DNA from: Nemertoderma westbladi
Lineage: Eukaryota; Animalia; Xenacoelomorpha
Length of the DNA stretch: 43,388 bases
Assembly (NCBI GenBank): GCA_032718475.1
Contig: JAUCBJ010000693.1
Location: forward strand, 1 to 43,388
Direction of reading: 5' to 3'
Shown one piece after another: positions 37,742 to 43,388 of the stretch (position 1 is its first letter; the number at the start of each line of letters is the position of its first letter). The notes under the pieces are model-generated. The model saw only the letters and a program-made list of their open reading frames with translations, searched no databases and was not told where the DNA came from. Made by a program: the position numbers and the translations under genes.

Positions 37742-38705
37742 GCAAACTCTGGTTCGTCAACTCTGTTTATCTCGCCACCCGCTCTCTATGCTCGCTCTCT
37801 ACTCTCGCTTCTCGCTCTCTATGCTCGTTCATCTCTCTCGTCTCTCACTCCTTATGCTCGTTCTCTGCTCTTGCCTCTCGCTCTTCGCGTTCCTTCTCTA
37901 CTCTCGCTTCTCGCTCCTTACGTTCCTTATCTACTCTCGTTTCTCACTCCTTACGTTCCTCCTCTACTCTCGTTTCTCGCTCCTTACGTTCCTCCTCTAC
38001 TCTCGTCTCTCGCTCCTTGCGTTCCTCTGCCTCTCTCTCTCTTCTTGTTCTCTACAATTTCTCGTCACCCTCTCGGCCCTCTCTCTACACTCCCTCGCCA
38101 ACTCCCTCTCTTTCTCCAACAACGCAGTTCCCTCATCCAACTGCCTCTCTAACTCTTTCTGGTCTAGCGCCACCATATCTAATTGACACGCCAGATCTAT
38201 CTCTAACACCCTTCTTGCTTTTGCGGAGGATGTAGCGGACTTAGAATGTAGCGACGGACTCCTGTCGCCTCTCTGTCCTATTAACTTTCCCCCGCTTTCT
38301 GGGGTTCTCGCTAACCGACGAGACCGAATCCTCGGGGTTAAACTTGGGTTCGCCCTCGTGCGGATCTGCCCAACCCACTAACTTAATTCCCCTAGCATCC
38401 ACTAAATATGGCCCTACGTACACTACTTGGGGCTCCATAATCCCGGATCGCCACAGTTCAAATAGATCGGTGGCGACCCCCCTCGCTCTCTCACTCGCTA
38501 GTTCTCCCTGCCCGAAACGAATTAGGTATCTGAAATGTTTATTCAACTCACCTAGTCGCTGGCTCAACTTCCTCTGGTCTACCTTTGCTCCCTCTCTGGC
38601 CTCCTTGAGCTGTTTCTTCGTGGCGTTGTAGGCCGTCGGAGCCGATCGCTGGTTCCAACGTCCTCGTTGCCAACATATCCTCCTCCTCTCCTGGTTCGGC
38701 GTCAT
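37734..38705 (-). pseudogene. 5' part of gag-like ORF of host LTR element (E/R-rich coiled coil, 33-bp repeats)
   Basis: ATG 39 bp downstream of the LTR end. ORFs 38241-38705 and 37997-38209. CTCCTTACGTTCCTCCTCTACTCTCGTTTCTCG-type repeats 37850-38030. No diagnostic domain recognised. Confidence 0.55.
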
Positions 38706-38733
38706 ACCGGCGGCCCCACCGTCGCCGTTCCAG

Positions 38734-38743
38734 CATTTCGTAC
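38734..38743 (-). promoter_or_regulatory. Primer-binding-site position, complementary to LTR-internal 38925-38934
   Basis: Minus-strand GTACGAAATG directly follows the LTR end; no TGG tRNA-type start. Confidence 0.6.
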
Positions 38744-39103
38744 TGTGACAGGATCAGGGGATCCCGACCGGTTGGTTAAGTTACGCATCACCGTGTAATT
38801 GGAAAGAAGATAGTTTGTCGTTGTCGCTCTGATATTGTTATAGGTTAACAGATATAATATGATAGCACAGTTGACAGAATTGGTTGTATGCAATATAATA
38901 TATGTACCGGTAGTGATGGTGACGGTACGAAATGTCACCGGTCTGTACTGAATGACTGAGTAAACTAAACTGGTCGATACTGTATGCAATATAATATATA
39001 TATGATTGTCACTCCTACATTACTTTGGCCTCTTAATCTAGCGGATGCTTCCGATATAATTCCGGATGATTCGGATAGTGAGGCGGAATTGAATCCGCTC
39101 ACA
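38744..39103 (-). repeat. 5' LTR (360 bp) of probable Gypsy-type host element
   Basis: Minus: TGTGAGCGGATTCAATTCC...GATCCTGTCACA, the same termini as the TSD-defined solo LTR 5245-5820. Confidence 0.85.
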
Positions 39104-40922
39104 GGAACCAATGAGACACCTCCAATGTTATATAGTGCCAAAAGTGCCAAAATGGGCTCCATGGTCCCACGACCTTTACAGAACCCATTCTGATTTCCAC
39201 GGAGCAGTCTCTCAAAGGGATCCCTGATGCGATTTAATATAATTCTATTGTATAGCTTTGCAGCAATCGAGATCCCTTTGAAAAGAAAAGAACCCCGAAA
39301 ACTTCCCCGAAAAGAACCATAGAGTGTTAGGTTGCCCTTCTTGGGAACTGGCACCAACTTATTTGTTTTCATTTCTTGTGGGACTCTTGTTGTACGGTAC
39401 ATGTCTACTATGATGGGATAGATGAGCTTTAAACACTCAGGTATTTTAAAGACCTCAGGGGGAACACCATCTACTCCACTGACACGATTGTTCTTAATGC
39501 TCTTTGCAGCAGCCTTCTCTTCTGCAAAGGAGATATCACCAATGGGAATATCTGGGAGTACAGACTCAGACACTTTTACTTCTATAAAGTTATCAGGCAA
39601 TACCCTGTCATTATTGAGGAGCTTTTCAAAGTGGGCCTTCCAACCATTGAGGCGATCGGCTGGTGATTCAGCCTTAACCTTGGTGGTTGGTTGGCTTTTT
39701 CGACCAGCAAGCAAGTTGATCGATCTCCATGCTTGGGATGATTGCCTGCTGTCGTCAGCATCATTGATGACATCAACCTGTTGGTTTGTTAGCTCCTGTA
39801 AATTAACAGAGTACTGCCTGTTCAGGGACCTACATGCAGCCTTAACTGCATTCTTGGCCGCTGTAGTGTGTTTGAGTCGGGACTCTTTCTGCGCCTTGTA
39901 GAGGTCATTTCGGCACTTCTGAATTTTGTTGTCAGTCCAGGGGGCCCGTTTCCTGTTTCGAGGGTATACAGGAACTGTTTCTGCAGCTGCTAACTTAACT
40001 GCCTCTGTGAAGGCAGTATAGCCCTCACAGTGATGTGCCGCCTCAGAGGCAAGAGCCTCATACCTGTTGCTCAGCTGTAGTGTGAAGCTGAATCTCACAC
40101 TTGGCTGTTGCAACAGAGAGGATCAGTCATGCCGCTGCAAGGCAGATTTCATTGTTCTGCTAGCACGCAGACTAAGTCTTACCTTGGCCACAATAAGGCG
40201 GTGATCACTTGAGAAGGGTCGTAGTGTAAATGCATTACAGTCTTGTATAGAGCTCCTGTATTTCCTACGAAACAGGATATGGTCTATCTGGGACTTGTGA
40301 CCATTGGGTCCACTATGAGTCCATAGCTTTCCAGTTCGCTTCTTGAACTGCGTTCCAGCCGAAAACAATCCATTTCCAGAGATAAAATCCTGAAGATGGA
40401 CGGAATTTCTGTTAACACTATTGCTATAGACCCAAGGCGATTTAGGTGATTGATGCAGACTTGCATTAAAGTCTCCCAGGAATGTTAAGAATGCATGCTG
40501 ATCCACTCCATCAGTAGCTGCTTGTAGATTCTGGTAGAAATTTTCCACCTCCTCTACAGGGGCAACACTAGTTGGAGAGTAGCACACAATCAGAACCACC
40601 TTAGGAAATTTCTTAGCCAGTCTTCCAGAACATGAGAACTGGCAACGGATGATGCGGTTAGAGATTTGGTCTATTTTGTCCAATGCTGCATGTGCAGTTG
40701 GATTCATCAATAGACCTATTCCACCATTGCCACTATCATCTGCTGCAGCGAGGGCGAGTCGCCAACCGCCCCCATGTCCTTAATCAGAACCTCATCAGTC
40801 TGTCCAGTCTGCATTCGGTGCTCTTGAACACCCACTGCACTAAGAGAAAGCTTATCTGCCATGTACCGATGAGTTAGTGGTACCTGTATGCTAAGCTCGC
40901 TTACTTTCGTCGCTCGTCCCAC
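39104..40922 (-). mobile_element. LINE remnant (RTE-like): AP endonuclease plus start of RT, disrupted and truncated
   Basis: APE motifs VQEHR, CYSPT, LGDFNA, SQIDHIL, SDHRLI. RT-proximal SGVDGVPPEVFK, VPVPKKG, KLYNRIILNRI, QNGFCKGRGT. Ends before the YxDD motif. Confidence 0.9.
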
Positions 40923-41246
40923 AAATTAAGATGATACCTGATACCATCAGCTGATCTGATAAGAAATTAATATTTAATTTCGCGACAATTTTATGCAATA
41001 ATTTCTGGTATTTACTTATAGAAAAGCAACGCGTGGCTAATTTTATCTAAAAGTTGGTACCCGGTGTTATTTTTTTGTGGTCTTTCTATTTTCGACTGTG
41101 TTCGATTGTGTTCGGCAGTATTTGTAGTGTGTTTGACTGTGTTCGGTCGTTTTGCTCTTTATGTACCTTACTTTGTACAGATAATTAGTATCACTTTTGA
41201 ACTTTAATAAAGATAATTTAAATAATTATTATCAAGATATTCCAAC

Positions 41247-42650
41247 ATGAAGGTAATTCCAAATGAAACCATAACTCCTGAAGATTGCTTAAAAATTTAC
41301 AATCGTAAAGGCATGAATTGGACTGGTAGTGATACCTCCATCACCATGAACCGCCATTACTCACACTGGCCATTCGGAAATCATCAACAAGAGACATTTG
41401 ATCCTAGTAATGCGAAGTATAAAAACCTTTCTCTAATTACAACTTGCCTATTGAAATGCTTCACTCCAATTCTAATAGCTGAGATTGTTGAAATCAGAAT
41501 AAATGAATGGGTTGATTCAAGGAAACATATCGGAGCTATTTCTACAATTATTCAAGAGGAAGTCAGGGCAATTGTTATTTGTCTGTTGTTTGAGATGATC
41601 TTTGAAAGGAAGATGCCTGACAATTTACTTAAAACGTTTTTCGATGCCAATAAAAATATGAATTCGGTATTTATAGGTACATCTTTAAGGTCAAAGCCAA
41701 TACGTCGAAAGTTACAAGAAGAACTTAAGAAGCAGATAAGTATTTCGATGAAAGGTAATTTTAAAGAGTTTATTCCAACAAATGTGGATATTGAGATGCT
41801 TACAGATCATATTGGATCTACATTTTTTTATACAGCTGCTCAGCAGACAATGGAATGTGTCTGCCATTGTTTGACTGATATAGTTCTTCATCCAAATGTG
41901 TTTGAAAGACTCAAACCTGTTTTTGACAGAAATGCTGAAGAATTGATTGCTGATGACATTATCAAAGATAAATACCTTGATTGGACGTTTAACGAATCAC
42001 TGCGGCTATACAATCAGTTCCAACCAGATAGGGAAGTACAAAAAACATTCACATATAAAGATGAGATATTTGTTAAGGGAGAGATTGTTTCCATTAACTT
42101 TAGCAAAGTTAACAAAATGCTGTGGGATAAACCGAATGAATTTATACCAGAACGCTGGGAAGATTGGAGTACAACTTCGATTCCTACCGCAGATACACCA
42201 GGGAAGGGATACTTTATGACATTCGGTCAAGGTTACCGGAGGTCGTGTCCCGCCAAGATCACATCTCGGCATCTCGCAAAAATTATATTGGTTGGGTATA
42301 TGTCTCGGATGAATTTCTACATTCCTAAAAGCTTTGTTCACCTTCGACGAATGACGAGAGGCACTCCAGTTGTTGTTAGTATCAACAAAGATGAGACAAT
42401 CAAAGATGATAAGTTAGTTAAGATTCTACTCGAGAAAGCAGAATTGAAACAGAAGATGCACAACGCATTGAATATACCGTTCTGGGGTGGCCATAAACAT
42501 AGCACTGTGTTACTGAAGATGAAGTTTTATATCACTAGTGGTGAATTCTCAGAAATGTTTGGAGGTCTCTTTGCAGCTACAGACAAGTGGGTGCGCTATC
42601 AGTTCAACCGCATTATGCGACTGATAAGAAGAGTTACAGAAGACATATAG
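41247..42650 (+). CDS. Atypical cytochrome P450, uninterrupted 467-aa ORF
   Basis: I-helix AAQQT (aa 197-201), K-helix ESLR (250-253), FIPERW (299-304), heme motif FGQGYRRSCPA (Cys334). Confidence 0.9.
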   Translation: MKVIPNETITPEDCLKIYNRKGMNWTGSDTSITMNRHYSHWPFGNHQQETFDPSNAKYKNLSLITTCLLKCFTPILIAEIVEIRINEWVDSRKHIGAISTIIQEEVRAIVICLLFEMIFERKMPDNLLKTFFDANKNMNSVFIGTSLRSKPIRRKLQEELKKQISISMKGNFKEFIPTNVDIEMLTDHIGSTFFYTAAQQTMECVCHCLTDIVLHPNVFERLKPVFDRNAEELIADDIIKDKYLDWTFNESLRLYNQFQPDREVQKTFTYKDEIFVKGEIVSINFSKVNKMLWDKPNEFIPERWEDWSTTSIPTADTPGKGYFMTFGQGYRRSCPAKITSRHLAKIILVGYMSRMNFYIPKSFVHLRRMTRGTPVVVSINKDETIKDDKLVKILLEKAELKQKMHNALNIPFWGGHKHSTVLLKMKFYITSGEFSEMFGGLFAATDKWVRYQFNRIMRLIRRVTEDI

Positions 42651-42651
42651 G

Positions 42652-43080
42652 CAGTGCCGGATTACCCAATGTGCACAGTGTGCACATGCACCGGTACCCC
42701 CACCACTCAATACTCAAAAAATTATTAAAGAATATACAGGAATAGACAGATGTTTCGGACATCAATGTTTCAGTGATTGTATTTGTACTTGTATTTTTAG
42801 TGCCGATCATTTACACATATCCAAAAATGGTCATAAAATCAATTTAATTTCGTGGTGATTTTTCATTATCTGATATTTGATTTGCCAGTAGGTGTTGGTA
42901 CGTCTGCTTATTAGTGTATTTCTATGAGTTATAAAATTCGTAACTACTGTAATTTAAACTTCGGTTTAAATCAGATCTCTATTTGTGTGTCGTATTTTCA
43001 ATTTTCAATTTATTAGTTTGTCGTTTCTCATCAGGTATTCTTGCTATGCCATGCCGCCATAGCCTACTAAATCCTGTCTG
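42652..43080. mobile_element. Possible degenerate hAT-type MITE
   Basis: Starts CAGTGCCGGATTA, then TGTGCACAGTGTGCACA palindrome. Weak partner end TAAATCCTGTCTG; no 8-bp TSD found. Confidence 0.35.
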
Positions 43081-43388
43081 TGTAACTAGTAAGTAAGATT
43101 CGAAATTGTATTATTCACTAATATTATTATATACATTATACTAATAATATTAACCGTTTTAATTAGTGATTTTTCGTAAGTAGATTAAAATTAATCTTAA
43201 TTTATAAGTCAAGTTCATGGTGTTGTTATTTATTTATTTGCTAGTGTTTTATTTAATCTTAATTATATTTAATAAGATAACAATTAGAGTTAACACAGAT
43301 CACAAACATAAGATGGGAATCATCCTAGAAGGTCCATCAGATCAAGGTCCATCATCATAAAATTTATAAGTTGCTACTACTAGGATCG

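Overview
Eukaryotic, AT-rich and probably invertebrate-animal DNA, made almost entirely of nested transposable elements. The one apparently cellular gene is an atypical, uninterrupted cytochrome P450 ORF at 41247-42650. Inferred nesting: (1) an RTE-like LINE remnant (39104-40922, minus) is cut by an LTR element of probable Gypsy type (5' LTR 38744-39103, minus). (2) That element's low-complexity gag-like region appears split three ways: 37734-38705, 14696-15880 and 1-1645. (3) Two copies of an ~8-13 kb non-coding composite unit (16053-29029 and 29230-37681) sit inside its (GA)n/(CT)n tract. (4) A 13 kb BEL/Pao retrotransposon (1646-14695, TSD TACTC) is inserted further down and itself carries a solo LTR (5245-5820, TSD GATTT) related to the host's LTR. 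(5) A deleted relative of the BEL element (17016-20558, TSD GATAA) sits in unit copy A, and a 1 kb foldback element sits in copy B. Most notable: a large non-Env accessory ORF in both BEL elements with conserved N and C ends but unrelated central modules; a PBS complementary to a hairpin loop in its own LTR (candidate self-priming); a possible (CT)n-targeting DNA element; a chimeric BEL 5' LTR; and a microbial-looking P450. All family calls come from reading motifs by eye, with no database search.
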